From: an uncultured bacterium
GTDB taxonomy: Bacteria > Chloroflexota > UBA5177 > JANWHV01
DNA: 64,000 nucleotides
NCBI GenBank assembly: GCA_963827235.1
Contig: CAWHAE010000012.1
Coordinates: forward strand, 1,536,001-1,600,000
Direction: 5' to 3'
The notes below the pieces were generated by a model. The model did not search any database, was not told the origin of the DNA, and saw nothing but the letters and a program-made list of their open reading frames with translations. Positions within the stretch are counted from its first letter, which is position 1. Each line of letters starts with the position of its first letter. Below are positions 30,530 to 40,944 of the stretch, in pieces. A program made the translations under genes and the position numbers.

Positions 30530-32630
30530 ATGCAGGCATATCAGGCGACGGTGTTGGCTGCACCGCCCTTTACACGCGGACGTGCACGGAGCGTCGCCCG
30601 GACGCTCACCGTGCCCTTTCACCGGCTGGCCCTGGGAGCGATCCTGCTGCTTGCCGCGGTGCTCAATCTCTGGCAGCTCGACAAGCTCGGCTACGCCAAC
30701 AGCTACTACGCCGCCGCGGTGCGGAGCATGCTGCAAAGCTGGCACAACTTCTTCTTCGTCTCCTTCGATCCGGGCGGCTTCGTCAGCATCGACAAGCCGC
30801 CGCTGGGCTTCTGGATCCAGGCGGCCAGTGCCAAGCTCCTCGGCTATAGCGGCACCAGCCTCCTCCTGCCGGAAGCGGTGGCCGGCGTACTTTCCGTCGC
30901 CGTGCTCTACCGGCTGATTGCCCGCCCATGGGGGCGCGGCGCCGGTCTCTTGGCCGCACTCTTTCTGGCCGTCACGCCCGTGAGCGTGGTCACCAGTCGC
31001 AACAACACCATCGACAGCCTGCTCGTGCTCACAGTGCTGCTGGCAGCCTGGGCGGTCTCACGCGCCGTCGAGTCCGGCAGCCTGCGCTGGTTGCTGGCTT
31101 GTGCCGTGCTCGTGGGACTCGGCTTCAACATCAAGATGCTGGAAGCCTATCTGGTCGTGCCGGCCTTTGGCCTGGTCTACCTGGTGGGAGCGCGGACGAG
31201 CCGGCGCAAGCGCATTGGACACCTGGCACTGGCGACGATCGGTATTGCTCGGCGTGTCGCTCTCCTGGGCGGTCGCGGTAGACCTCACTCCGGCGAGCGC
31301 CAGGCCATACGTAGGCTCCAGCGGGGACAACTCCGCCCTCAACCTGGCTCTCGGCTACAACGGCGCGGAGCGCTTGCTCGGCGGCTCCGGCACTCCGGGC
31401 GGCGGGAACAGCAGCAGCGGCGTCAATCTCTTCAACGGTGGTCCGGCCGGCGTGTTCCGCCTGATCGGTACCACTCTGGGCGGCCAGGTGGGCTGGCTGC
31501 TGGCGCTTGCGGTGCTCGGCCTGGCCGTGGCCGCCGTATGCGTGCCGTGGCGGCGGATGGATACGCGCACCCGCTCGCTGATACTCTGGGGCACGTGGCT
31601 ACTGGTCACGGGCGCGTTCTTCAGCGTGGCCGGGTTCTTCCACCCCTACTACACCGTGATGCTGGCCCCAGCCATTGCCGCACTGGCGGCCATCGGCGTG
31701 ACCGTCCTCTGGCGGTCCTACTGTAACCGGGAGCGCCGCGGCTGGCTGCTGCCGGTAGTGCTGCTGGCTTCGGCCGGCGTAGAAGCCTATATTCTGCGCG
31801 ACTACCCGGATTGGAGCCGGTGGCTCACACCCCTGGTAGCAGGCTCCTGCCTGGTGGCGGCGCTGGTGCTCGTCGTGGCACGGTTGCGCCTGCGCCGGCC
31901 GGCCCGCGCTGCTCTCGTGGCCGTGGGTCTGGCCACCATGGCACTTCTGACCCCGCCGACCACGTGGGCGGCATACTCGGTACTCAGCGGAACCACCAAC
32001 TCGTCGATCCCGACCGCCGGTCCGTCTGCCCAGTCATCGACGGCGCAGGGCGGCTTTGGCGGCGCCGGCGGCCCGGGCAGTTTCGCGGGATCGGGCGCCG
32101 GGCGCCCAAGCGGCTCCCCGCCGAGCGGCGCTCCCCAGGCCTTCGGCCAGGCCGGAAGCGGTAACGGCAGCTCGGCTGCCGGCAGCACAACCGGATCGGC
32201 TGTAGCCGGCGGCTCTGCCCACACGGGCGCCGCCGGAGGCTTCGGCGGCAGCCAGACGAGCACCGCGCTGATCCGCTATCTGGAGGCGCACCAGGGCAGC
32301 GCGCGCTACCTCGTAGCCACGGCGAGCTCGAACGAGGCGTCCTCCATCATCATCACCACCGGCAAGGCAGTGATGGCGTTGGGCGGCTTCAGCGGCAACG
32401 ACAGCATCCTCACCACGAGCCAGCTGGCCAAACTGGTAGCCGGCGGTAGCGTACACTACTTCCTGGTGCAGTCCGGTGGCATGAACAACAGCAGCCTGAT
32501 GCAATGGGTGGAAGCGCATGGCACGGTGGTATCGCCAAGCCAGTATGGAGCGTCTTCCTCGGCTCAGGGCGCCGGCGGCGGACAGGCAACGAGTCTCTAC
32601 TTTGTGAGCAGCAGTGCTGCCCAGAAGTGA
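30530..32630 (+). CDS. ArnT/PMT (GT39)-family membrane glycosyltransferase (YkcB/YycA-like), frameshift near 31240
   Basis: NSYYAAAV, FDPGGFVSIDKPPLGFW, GFNIKML, GYNG, VMALGGFSGND; Gly-rich linker. Confidence 0.88.
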
Positions 32631-32669
32631 TAGCCGCGAAGGGCAGCGCGGAAACAGGCTACCCTGGAG

Positions 32670-32697
32670 AAGGAACGGGCCAGCCGGCCCGTTCCTT
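32670..32697 (+). terminator. Hairpin after the GT39 gene
   Basis: AAGGAACGGGCC-AGCC-GGCCCGTTCCTT. Confidence 0.55.
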
Positions 32698-32782
32698 CCT
32701 GCTCACGACCCGGCACGGAGCGCGCTCTGCACAAGCAGGCCAATCTCCGTTGCCTTCTCCATCGAGCAAACGAGACGGATAC

Positions 32783-33844
32783 ATGAACAAGCAAGGTGAA
32801 CGAATAGACCCTCGCGGGAGCGAGCCGGCGCCGGAGGCGCGGCAGACCTGGCCCATGGCCGTGTCGCCCTTCCGGCTGCCGGGAGCGCTGCCCGCCCACG
32901 CCCGCGGCGCGTGGCGGCAACGCGCTGCCGGCGTGATCAAACATGCCGCCATGGGGAGCGTGGCCGCGCGCGCCGGTGCCGCGCTGCTCGGCCGCGTGCT
33001 GCCTCCCGTACGGGTGCAGCTGAACCAGTACGAGGTCATCGTGCCCCGGCTCCCGCCGCGCCTCAACGGTCTGCGTGTTCTGCACGTGACCGACCTCCAT
33101 CTGAGCGACGGGCCCCATCCGGCCGACCAGATACCTGCCATCGTCGCGGCGACGCCGCACGATCTGATCTGCTACTCCGGCGACTTCATCGATTGCGACG
33201 ACGACGTGCCGCGCCTGGCCCGCTTCCTGGAGCGCATGCCGGGCGGCGCGCCGGCCTACGCCGTGTTGGGTAATCACGACTACGTGCCGTTTGGACGGGG
33301 GCCGGGCCTCAACGACGCGGCGCGGCTGTGCGAGGCGCTTGACGCGGCCGGCATCGGCATCATGTCCAACCAGGCCCGCCCGCTGTACGACGGAGCGCTG
33401 TACCTGGCGGGCGTCGACGACCCGGCCACCGGGCGGGACGATCTGGATCGCGCGCTGGACGGGCTGTCCGGTGCCTGCGTGCTGCTGCTGGCGCACAGCC
33501 CGGACATCGTGCTGCGCCTGGGAGAACACTGCCCGAGTCTCATTCTCGCAGGGCATACGCATGGCGGCCAGGTCCGCCTGCCGTTCATCGGTCCGCTGTT
33601 GACCGAGAGCAACGTGCCGAGGCGGCTGATCATGGGACTCAACGAGTGGCACGGCACGCCGCTGTTCGTCTCGCGCGGAGTCGGCTTCAGCGGCCTGAAC
33701 ATCCGCATCGGCTGCCCTCCCGAGGTCGCCGTGCTCACGCTTCGATCCCCGGCCGCGGCGGCCGCGTGGGCAGAGCCGGAAACCGGGATCGGTGCAGTGG
33801 CCATCGGCGAGCCCGACGACGCCGCGGATAGCCGCTGCGGCTGA
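32783..33844 (+). CDS. Metallophosphoesterase (YkuE-like)
   Basis: TDLH, SGDFID, LGNHD, LAHSPD, GHTHGGQ, VSRGVG. Confidence 0.92.
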   Translation: MNKQGERIDPRGSEPAPEARQTWPMAVSPFRLPGALPAHARGAWRQRAAGVIKHAAMGSVAARAGAALLGRVLPPVRVQLNQYEVIVPRLPPRLNGLRVLHVTDLHLSDGPHPADQIPAIVAATPHDLICYSGDFIDCDDDVPRLARFLERMPGGAPAYAVLGNHDYVPFGRGPGLNDAARLCEALDAAGIGIMSNQARPLYDGALYLAGVDDPATGRDDLDRALDGLSGACVLLLAHSPDIVLRLGEHCPSLILAGHTHGGQVRLPFIGPLLTESNVPRRLIMGLNEWHGTPLFVSRGVGFSGLNIRIGCPPEVAVLTLRSPAAAAAWAEPETGIGAVAIGEPDDAADSRCG

Positions 33845-33865
33845 CGGAGAGGCCGGAGGCAGAGG

Positions 33866-33914
33866 TACCACGAGGTGGATCGTGCAGGTGACCGGCGCGA
33901 TCCACCTCGTGGTA
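33866..33914. terminator. Perfect 17-bp hairpin
   Basis: TACCACGAGGTGGATCG-N15-CGATCCACCTCGTGGTA. Confidence 0.55.
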
Positions 33915-33960
33915 TGCGGAGTGTGCCGCGTTACGCGGCTCACGCAGAACCGGCTCAATC

Positions 33961-34037
33961 GTTTAGAGGAATCTTAGCCTTCTCTGGGCTTCTGCTTGGC
34001 ACCCCCATATGGTCTTCTTAGCCTGCCCGCCTAGCAT
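33961..34037 (+). promoter_or_regulatory. TCTTAG-like hexamer array upstream of the HtrA gene
   Basis: GTTTAG, TCTTAG, TCTGGG, GCTTGG, TCTTAG at 33961, 33972, 33983, 33994, 34016; -10 TAGCAT at 34032. Confidence 0.6.
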
Positions 34038-34218
34038 GAAGTCATGGGACACGAGGAACACAGCCGCGAAGACTCTTTCCGGCGCTCCTGCAGAGGCGAA
34101 GCTCGAATCGCGCAGGGCGCCGGCGCCGCGGATCCCCGCTCGTCCGCCCTATCCCGGCCGCGTGGCCTGGCCGCGAGGGGGCGTTCTATGAGGTCACGAG
34201 AGTAAGGAACCAGAGGCC

Positions 34219-35361
34219 ATGAGACGAATTGCACGACCCATCGCGGCGGCAAGCTTGATTGCCGCCGGCATGCTCGGCGGGCACATGATCGACCGCACGC
34301 AGACATCGTCATCCGTGGACGCGGCGACAGGCACCACCACGAGCACGACCGCCGCGAGCACGACCGCCGCGACGAAGGCAAGCAGCGCCACCATGTCGAC
34401 GGCCGCGAGCCTCGACGCCGCCACCGAACGAGCCTTCGCCATCGCCAGCCCGTCGGTCGTCTCTGTGGATAGCACCGGCGTGGGCACCGGATCCGGCGTC
34501 ATCTACGACAGCACCGGCGACATCCTGACCAACGCGCACGTGGTCAGCGGCGCACAATCCATCACCGTCACGCTCAGCACGGGCAAGACCTACACGGCTA
34601 CGCTCGTGGGCTCGGACACGGCCGACGACCTGGCGGTGATTCACATCAAGGCGAGCGGCCTGCCCGCGGCGCACTTCGCATCGAGCGGAACCTATGAGGT
34701 GGCCGAAACCGTGCTGGCAATCGGCAGCCCGCTCGGCCTGCAGGAGAGCGTCACCTCCGGGCTGATCAGCGCGCTCGACCGCACCGTCCAGGAGGAGAAC
34801 GGCGCCTACCTGCCCAATGCCCTGCAAACCTCGGCGGCCATCAACCCGGGCAACTCCGGCGGCGCCCTGATCGATCTGGACGGCAACGTGGTGGGTATCC
34901 CGACACTCGAGGCCACCGACTCGCAGAACAACAACGGCGGCGCCGCGCAGGGTATCGGCTTTGCCATCCCCAGCGATCGGGTCACCTACATCGCCAAGCA
35001 GATCATCAGCACCGGCAAGGTCGCGCATACCGGCCGCGCCTACCTGGGCGTGAGCGCGAGCGACGTCTCGTCGGCCAGCCAAACCGGCACCTACTACGGA
35101 TTCGGAGGCCAGGGAACCGACACCAGCGCCGTCTCGGGGGCGGTAATCACGGAAGTGGCCACGGGCAGCCCCGCCGCGCAAGCGGGCATGCAGAAGGGCG
35201 ACGTGATCACCGCTCTGGGCGGCCGCGCGGTGAGCGGAGAGGACGACCTGCTCACCGCCATCGCCCAGCAGAAGCCGGGCGCCACGGTGACGGCGACCAT
35301 CGACCGTGACGGCAGCACGGTCACCCTTCAGGTGCACCTGGGCGAGCTGTCCGCCTCGTAA
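34219..35361 (+). CDS. htrA: HtrA/DegP-family serine protease with PDZ domain
   Basis: ILTNAHVV, DLAVI, INPGNSGGAL catalytic triad motifs; C-terminal PDZ (SPAAQAGMQKGDVI). Confidence 0.95.
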   Translation: MRRIARPIAAASLIAAGMLGGHMIDRTQTSSSVDAATGTTTSTTAASTTAATKASSATMSTAASLDAATERAFAIASPSVVSVDSTGVGTGSGVIYDSTGDILTNAHVVSGAQSITVTLSTGKTYTATLVGSDTADDLAVIHIKASGLPAAHFASSGTYEVAETVLAIGSPLGLQESVTSGLISALDRTVQEENGAYLPNALQTSAAINPGNSGGALIDLDGNVVGIPTLEATDSQNNNGGAAQGIGFAIPSDRVTYIAKQIISTGKVAHTGRAYLGVSASDVSSASQTGTYYGFGGQGTDTSAVSGAVITEVATGSPAAQAGMQKGDVITALGGRAVSGEDDLLTAIAQQKPGATVTATIDRDGSTVTLQVHLGELSAS

Positions 35362-35630
35362 GGGCAGGCCGACGGCTCGCCGGCAGCGGAAGCCGCGCCG
35401 ACCACGGGAAGTGGCGGCACGGCTTCTCGTTTTGTCGTCCAGGGAGGCAGCGTCTCTTTGAGCGGCTTTCCCGCCCCCGTCCGCCGGCACGCGGCGCCCC
35501 AGTGATGAGCGTGACCAGGCCCACTCACTCCGGCATGCTGCAGACGGGCGATGTGCCGGCCCACGATGCCAGAGCGTGCCCAGCGTGAGCGAGCAGTTCC
35601 AGTATGCCGGCGGAGAGCTCGCGCGGCTCC

Positions 35631-35829
35631 CAGAAACGCAGATAGCGCAGATGGACGCGGACCGTGTAAGTCCCGGCGAGGCTATGTGGGCCGGAGAGCG
35701 GCGGTCTCCGGCCTGCCGCGAGACCAGCATCGTGGCGTGCTCGGGCTTGCCGCGATCGCTGCGCACGCTTCCGCTTCGCGCCGCAGACTATCTGCGTCAT
35801 CCTTCGTATCCGCGGTTTCTGCGTTTCTG
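35631..35829. repeat. About 200-bp element with imperfect terminal inverted repeats built from CGCAGA units
   Basis: Left CAGAAACGCAGATAGCGCAGAT versus right ATCCGCGGTTTCTGCGTTTCTG (19/22 complementary). Confidence 0.6.
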
Positions 35830-35855
35830 CGCACCCAGAACGGGGTAACCCACCG

Positions 35856-37028
35856 CTACTGGTGTGCCGGGGGCCAGGAAACCGGTCCGGCCGGTGCGCT
35901 GCCGCATCTGGAGGCTACCATTCCCCCTTCACACGTCCCCATCGCTGAGTCCGTCTCCCGCGTCTCTGCAGCGTAGTGCGCTGCCTGGCCGTCCTGGTAG
36001 CGATCCAGGACGGCCAGGCAGCCGGCCAGCGTGTAGTGCTCGTGCAACTGGCGGCGCAGCTCGGCCCCGCCGCGCAACCCCGAGAGGTAGCCGGCCAGGT
36101 GCCGGCGCACCGCGCAGATACCGGCCCGCTCGTCACGCACGGCGGCAGCCAGCGTGAAATGCCTGCGGCAGGCGTCCAGCCGCTCCTCCACGGAGGGGAG
36201 CCGCACCGGCCTGCCGGCCAGCACGTCGTGCGCCTCGCGGAAGATCCATGGGTTGCCGATCGCGCCGCGCGCTACCATGGCGCCCGCGCAGCCCGTCTCG
36301 GCAAAGGCGCGCGCCACGTCCTCGGCGCACAGAATGCCGCCGTTCACCACCACGGGCACGCGCGCCAGGCCCCGCGCGAGAGTCGCCCACGACCAGTCGG
36401 CGTCTCCCTCGTGCCGCTGCGCGGCCGTGCGGCAGTGCAGGGTGATCCCGGCCACACCCGCATCTTCCAGACGGCGCACCAGATCCGGCACCGGCTTCTC
36501 CTGCTCGCTCCAGCCGATGCGCGTCTTGACCGTGACCGGGATGTTGTGTGCCTCGCGCACCGTCCGCGCCACGGCCCGCACCATGGCCTGCATGGCGTCG
36601 AGGTCGCGCAGCCACCCTGCCCCGGCGCCGCGGCGGGCGATCTTGGGTACCCAGCAGCCACAATTTATGTCAATGACAAGCGGCTCGCGCGCCGCCACGA
36701 TCGCCGCCGCTTCGACGAGCTTCTCCGGATCGGAGCCATAGATCTGGATGCCGATCGGCCAGTCTCCCGGCTCGATCTCGAGCTTGCGCCGGTTCCTGCG
36801 GTCGCCCCGGAGCAGGCCATCGACGTTGACGAACTCCGTGTAGCAGATGTCGGCCCCTTGCTCGCGGCAAATGGCCCGGAAGATGGGGTCGCTCACGTCC
36901 TCCATGGGAGCGAGCATCACCGGGTGCAAAGCCATCAGCGCCGCGAACTCCGCGAAGGCGGCGCCCGCCACGGGCCGGCAAGGAAGGTTAAGGGATGTCT
37001 GTTGCTCGACGTCTGTACCGGATACCAT
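35856..37028 (-). CDS. dusB: tRNA-dihydrouridine synthase (DusB-like)
   Basis: LAPME, YTEFV, IDINCGC, VTVKTRIGW, LHCRT, VNGGI, ARGAIGNPWIF; start uncertain. Confidence 0.9.
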   Translation of the reverse strand: MVSGTDVEQQTSLNLPCRPVAGAAFAEFAALMALHPVMLAPMEDVSDPIFRAICREQGADICYTEFVNVDGLLRGDRRNRRKLEIEPGDWPIGIQIYGSDPEKLVEAAAIVAAREPLVIDINCGCWVPKIARRGAGAGWLRDLDAMQAMVRAVARTVREAHNIPVTVKTRIGWSEQEKPVPDLVRRLEDAGVAGITLHCRTAAQRHEGDADWSWATLARGLARVPVVVNGGILCAEDVARAFAETGCAGAMVARGAIGNPWIFREAHDVLAGRPVRLPSVEERLDACRRHFTLAAAVRDERAGICAVRRHLAGYLSGLRGGAELRRQLHEHYTLAGCLAVLDRYQDGQAAHYAAETRETDSAMGTCEGGMVASRCGSAPAGPVSWPPAHQ

Positions 37029-37166
37029 GGCTCGTGCCTTCAGGAAGCGCGCCCCGCGGTCTGACTCGCGCCCAGGCGCTGGCGCGGAGGCCCGGGCGGC
37101 GTAGGGAACCCCTTGAGTATAGAGGATCGCGCCACTTCGGCGAGGACGCCCGGCGTCTGGGAGCCT

Positions 37167-37303
37167 ACCTGGGCATTGCGACGCGACGGCTTGTTGTCTC
37201 GCGACGATGGAAACCATGTCGGGCATGTCCAGAGGTGGTCGAGACGACCGCGGTCCCAGGATCGGCGCACTGAAGCGCTGAATCACAGATTTCAGGTCCG
37301 CCC
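37167..37303 (+). repeat. 137-bp structured dispersed repeat, copy 2
   Basis: Ungapped match of about 87% to 14544..14680. Confidence 0.9.
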
Positions 37304-37372
37304 AGCGCCCGGAACTTCGGAGCCGCGCCGGCGCTTGCCTGCCGTTCCCGCCTCCGACTATCCTGTGATCGG

Positions 37373-37383
37373 TGGTATGACCA
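37373..37383. promoter_or_regulatory. Possible GntR/FadR-type operator upstream of the sugar kinase
   Basis: TGGTATGACCA (TGGT-N3-ACCA) just upstream of the AGGAGG RBS. Confidence 0.45.
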
Positions 37384-37398
37384 GTATAGGAGGTCCGC

Positions 37399-38940
37399 GT
37401 GCGCTACGTGGTCGGTCTCGATCTCGGTACTTCCAGCCTCAAGGCAGTGCTGCTGGACGAGCGCGGTGCCGTCGCCGCCAGCGCCACGCGCAGCTACACC
37501 ATCCAGAACCCTCGGGCCGGCTGGGCGGAGCAGAACCCGGAGCACTGGTGGCAGGCCTGCCGCGGAGCCACGCTCGCCCTGCTGAGCGAGGCGGCCATCG
37601 CGGGCGACAACGTCGTCGCCCTGGCAGTGGGCGGCCAGATGCACGGCACCGTGCTGCTCGACGCCAATGGCGGCGTGCTGCGCCCGGCGATCATCTGGGC
37701 GGATAGCCGCACGATTACCGAGGCACGCGACGTGGGAGCTACGCTGGCAGGGCTCGGATTACTGGCCAAGCTGGGCGGCGGCGTGTCGCCCGGCTTCATG
37801 CTCACCTCCCTGGTCTGGTGCCGCACACACGAGCCGGAGCTGTGGAAGCGCGTGGCCACGGCCCTGTTGCCCAAGGACTACCTGCGCTACCGGCTCACGG
37901 GCGCGCTGGCAAGCGACGCCAGCGACGGCTGCGGCGTGCCCGCGATCGACCTTGCCGCGGGCACGTGGTCGGAGGAAACCCTTGCCGCGCTGAACCTTCC
38001 CATTCGTCTGCTGCCGCCTCTGCTGAATGCCGCAGGACCGGCCGGTGCCCTGACTGCCGGCACCGCGTCACAGTGCGGCCTGCGTCCCGGCACACCCGTT
38101 CTGTGCGGCGGCAGCGACCAGGCCATGGCGGCCATCGGCTCCGGGCTGCTGTATCCGGGATCGCTCCTGGTCAGCATCTCCACCGGCGGGCAACTGGTGG
38201 CCCCGGTGACCACGCCCGTCGTGGCGATCGAGGAGGGACTGCGCACGGTTTGCCACGCGCTGCCTCTCGCGTCCGATCAGACCGCCGGCGCGTTCGGCGG
38301 GGGCTACCTCGCGCATTCGGCCACCCTCGGCGCCGGGCTGAGCGCGCACTGGCTGCGCGAGATCCTCTACCAGGATCAGGGAGAGGGCCGAGACATACGG
38401 TTGGTTGCCGACGCGGCGCAGGCGCCCGCGGGCTCCGGCGGCTTGCTGTTCCTACCCTACCTGGCCGGCGAGCGCTCGCCGCTGCTCGATCCCAGGGCCA
38501 GCGGCGCCTTCGTGGGCTTCCGCCTGGACCATCACCGCCCCCACCTGGCCCGCGCCGCATTGGAGGGGATCGCGTTCAGCCTGCGCCATGCGCTGGAGCC
38601 GCTGCGAGGAGCCGGAGTCGACACGCACCGCGTGATCGTGGCCGGCGGCCTCGCGCAGAGCACGCTCATGCGCCAGATCCTGGCTGCCGTGCTGGAAACG
38701 CCGCTGCTGCCCCTGTCCTCGGCCGAGCAGTCTGCCCTCGGAGCGGCCCTGCTGGCCGCCGTGCATGCCGGCTTCTTCGGCAGCCTGGACGAGGCCTGCC
38801 TGCGCGCCGTGCACTATGAGCCGCCCGTCGAGCCCGTGGCACAGCAGGTGCCGCTCTACCGCGAGCTGTACGGGCACTACCGCGAGCTGTACCCGGCGCT
38901 CAAGGAGACGATGCACGCCCTGGGCGCACACCGGCAGTAG
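37399..38940 (+). CDS. xylB: FGGY-family carbohydrate kinase, xylulokinase-like
   Basis: GLDLGTSSLKA, GQMHG, LPKDYLR, GSDQ, FLPYLAGERSP. Confidence 0.85.
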   Translation: MRYVVGLDLGTSSLKAVLLDERGAVAASATRSYTIQNPRAGWAEQNPEHWWQACRGATLALLSEAAIAGDNVVALAVGGQMHGTVLLDANGGVLRPAIIWADSRTITEARDVGATLAGLGLLAKLGGGVSPGFMLTSLVWCRTHEPELWKRVATALLPKDYLRYRLTGALASDASDGCGVPAIDLAAGTWSEETLAALNLPIRLLPPLLNAAGPAGALTAGTASQCGLRPGTPVLCGGSDQAMAAIGSGLLYPGSLLVSISTGGQLVAPVTTPVVAIEEGLRTVCHALPLASDQTAGAFGGGYLAHSATLGAGLSAHWLREILYQDQGEGRDIRLVADAAQAPAGSGGLLFLPYLAGERSPLLDPRASGAFVGFRLDHHRPHLARAALEGIAFSLRHALEPLRGAGVDTHRVIVAGGLAQSTLMRQILAAVLETPLLPLSSAEQSALGAALLAAVHAGFFGSLDEACLRAVHYEPPVEPVAQQVPLYRELYGHYRELYPALKETMHALGAHRQ

Positions 38941-39010
38941 CGTTGCCGGCGCGCTGCCCGCGACGCGTGGCAGAGATCGCCGGACCGCCCAAACAGGTGA
39001 ATATGGGCAG

Positions 39011-40305
39011 TCACTCTTCCAGGCCTTCGTCGCGGTCGCGTATGCGCGGATCGATGACGCGGGCGTAGACGATCAGCGTGGCCGCGAAGGCGAGCACCAG
39101 CGTGGCCGCGAACACGACCGGGTAGCCGGCACGGTCGGCGATGATGCCGCCGAGCAGCGGCGCACCGGCGGCGAACGGCGTCGCCGCCAGGTTGGCCAGC
39201 CCGATGTAGGTCGGGCGTTGCGCGCTGGGTGCGAAGTCGACGATGAAGGTCAGCGCCGCGAGTTGCAGGCCGCTGGTGGAGATGCCGGTCAGCACGAAGA
39301 CCAGCCCGTAGCCCACCAGGCCGATGCCCGGTCCGCGCACCAGCAGGGCAATCAGGGCGGCCAGGCCGGCGCAGAGCGCGCCGCCTTCCACCACGCGCTT
39401 GTGCCCGATATGGTCCCCCACGTAGCCCCAGCCGATATTGCCGACCGTGGAGGCGGCCAGCAGCACCACGGCATACACGCCGGTGCTGGCGTCGGTCAGG
39501 TGCAGGGTACGCTCGGCGTCGACGGTATAGAACGAGGTGGCCATGCCGGCGGCGCTGATCAGGGCTGTGGCCACCAGGTACCAGGCGAAGTTATGGTCGT
39601 CGCGCACGATGCCCGGCAGACGGCGCCAGTAATCGCCGGCGGAGGTCACCTTTGCCGGTGTCTCGTCCAGGGGGGCGGGCTCGCGGCTGTTGGCGATGAA
39701 GGCGAAAGAGATGGCGAGCGTGATCGCGGTGCAGAAGAAGCAGAGTGCGAATCCCGTGGGCCAGTCGAAGCGGTCCAGCAGGATGGCGGCGACGGCGGCA
39801 CCGATCACGCCGAGCAGGCCGCCCAGGGCCGAGCTGAAGCCGAAGAAGCGCCCACGCCAATCGGGCGGCAGCATATGGGCCAGCATGTCGAGCCAGGCCG
39901 GCAGGCCGATGCCGCCGAACCAGGTGGCGGTGCCGATCATGAGGAAGAACAGCCAGAGCAAGATCACCTGGATGGTGGCTGGCAAGCAGCAGGGTGGCGA
40001 TCCCGATCACCAGGTAGGGCAATCGCTCGAAGATCGTCATGGTGAGCAAGAACGCGCTTCTTGCGCCGCAGTCGCTCGGTGCGGGGCGCGGCCAGTATGG
40101 GGGGCAGCGAGCTGCCGATCGCGCGCACGGTGGCGATCAGGCCCAGGGCCAGGTTGGAGGCCGTGAGGTGGTGCACGTAGAGCGGCATCACGCCGTAGAC
40201 CGAGACGAAGCTAAGCCCCAGCACGAAGAGGCTGAGATCGAGGCCCATCACCGTGTAGTTCCAGCGATACGCTCGCGACGGTACGACTGTCTGCCACACG
40301 GACAT
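39011..40305 (-). CDS. MFS transporter with two frameshifts (near 40050 and 39975)
   Basis: Three overlapping frames join into one MFS (RGRFFG, GDHIGHKR, RPTYIG). Confidence 0.8.
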
Positions 40306-40509
40306 GCTTGAGCACTTCCTCGATCTCGGACACTTCATCGGGCCGCGCGATCTCATCCGGGCCGCCCGCGGCAATACCTGCCGCGCGGGCCACTAGACGC
40401 GCACAGCATTCAACATACCCGCGTTTCGGTCTGGCTAGGCAAGAATGGCGCTGTTTGCCTGCGTAGCCTGCCGTTCGCGGCCGCCTGTGCAGCGTCTGCG
40501 CGCCAGGCA

Positions 40510-40750
40510 CGGGATCGAATCCGTTGCCGAGACCGAGTTACCCTGGTTCAATGAGCAGGGCCCGACCGCGTACACCCGTGCGTACCACCGCCCGCTCTCC
40601 TGGTACGTGCGATCCCTGCGCACCGCCGACCCAGTGCTGACCGCGCTCGAGGAGCCAGCGCCCACTGCCTAGCTCGTGGCGGGATCGTCCCAAACGCCAC
40701 GGATGGCCGAGACACCGCTCCACTGCGTCTTTGAAGCGCTCAAGGTCGGC
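40510..40750 (+). pseudogene. C-terminal remnant of a class I SAM-methyltransferase-like gene
   Basis: YHRPLSWYV..L....TALEEP.P then TAG then PLHCVFEALK in one frame; no N-terminal SAM motif. Confidence 0.5.
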
Positions 40751-40944
40751 AGCGACCAGGCGACAGACGGGCCGGTTCTGGAACTGGTTGGCGGTTGGGA
40801 GTGGCTCTCCGATCGCTACGAAGCGGCAATCGCCCGCTACGCCGCGCGGCACGGCCGGCTGTGCGAGTGCACGCCGGCCGGCGCCACGGAGTGCCCGGCA
40901 GTGGCGAAGGCGACGGTTGCTCGCCACTGCCGGGCGCGGTGTGC

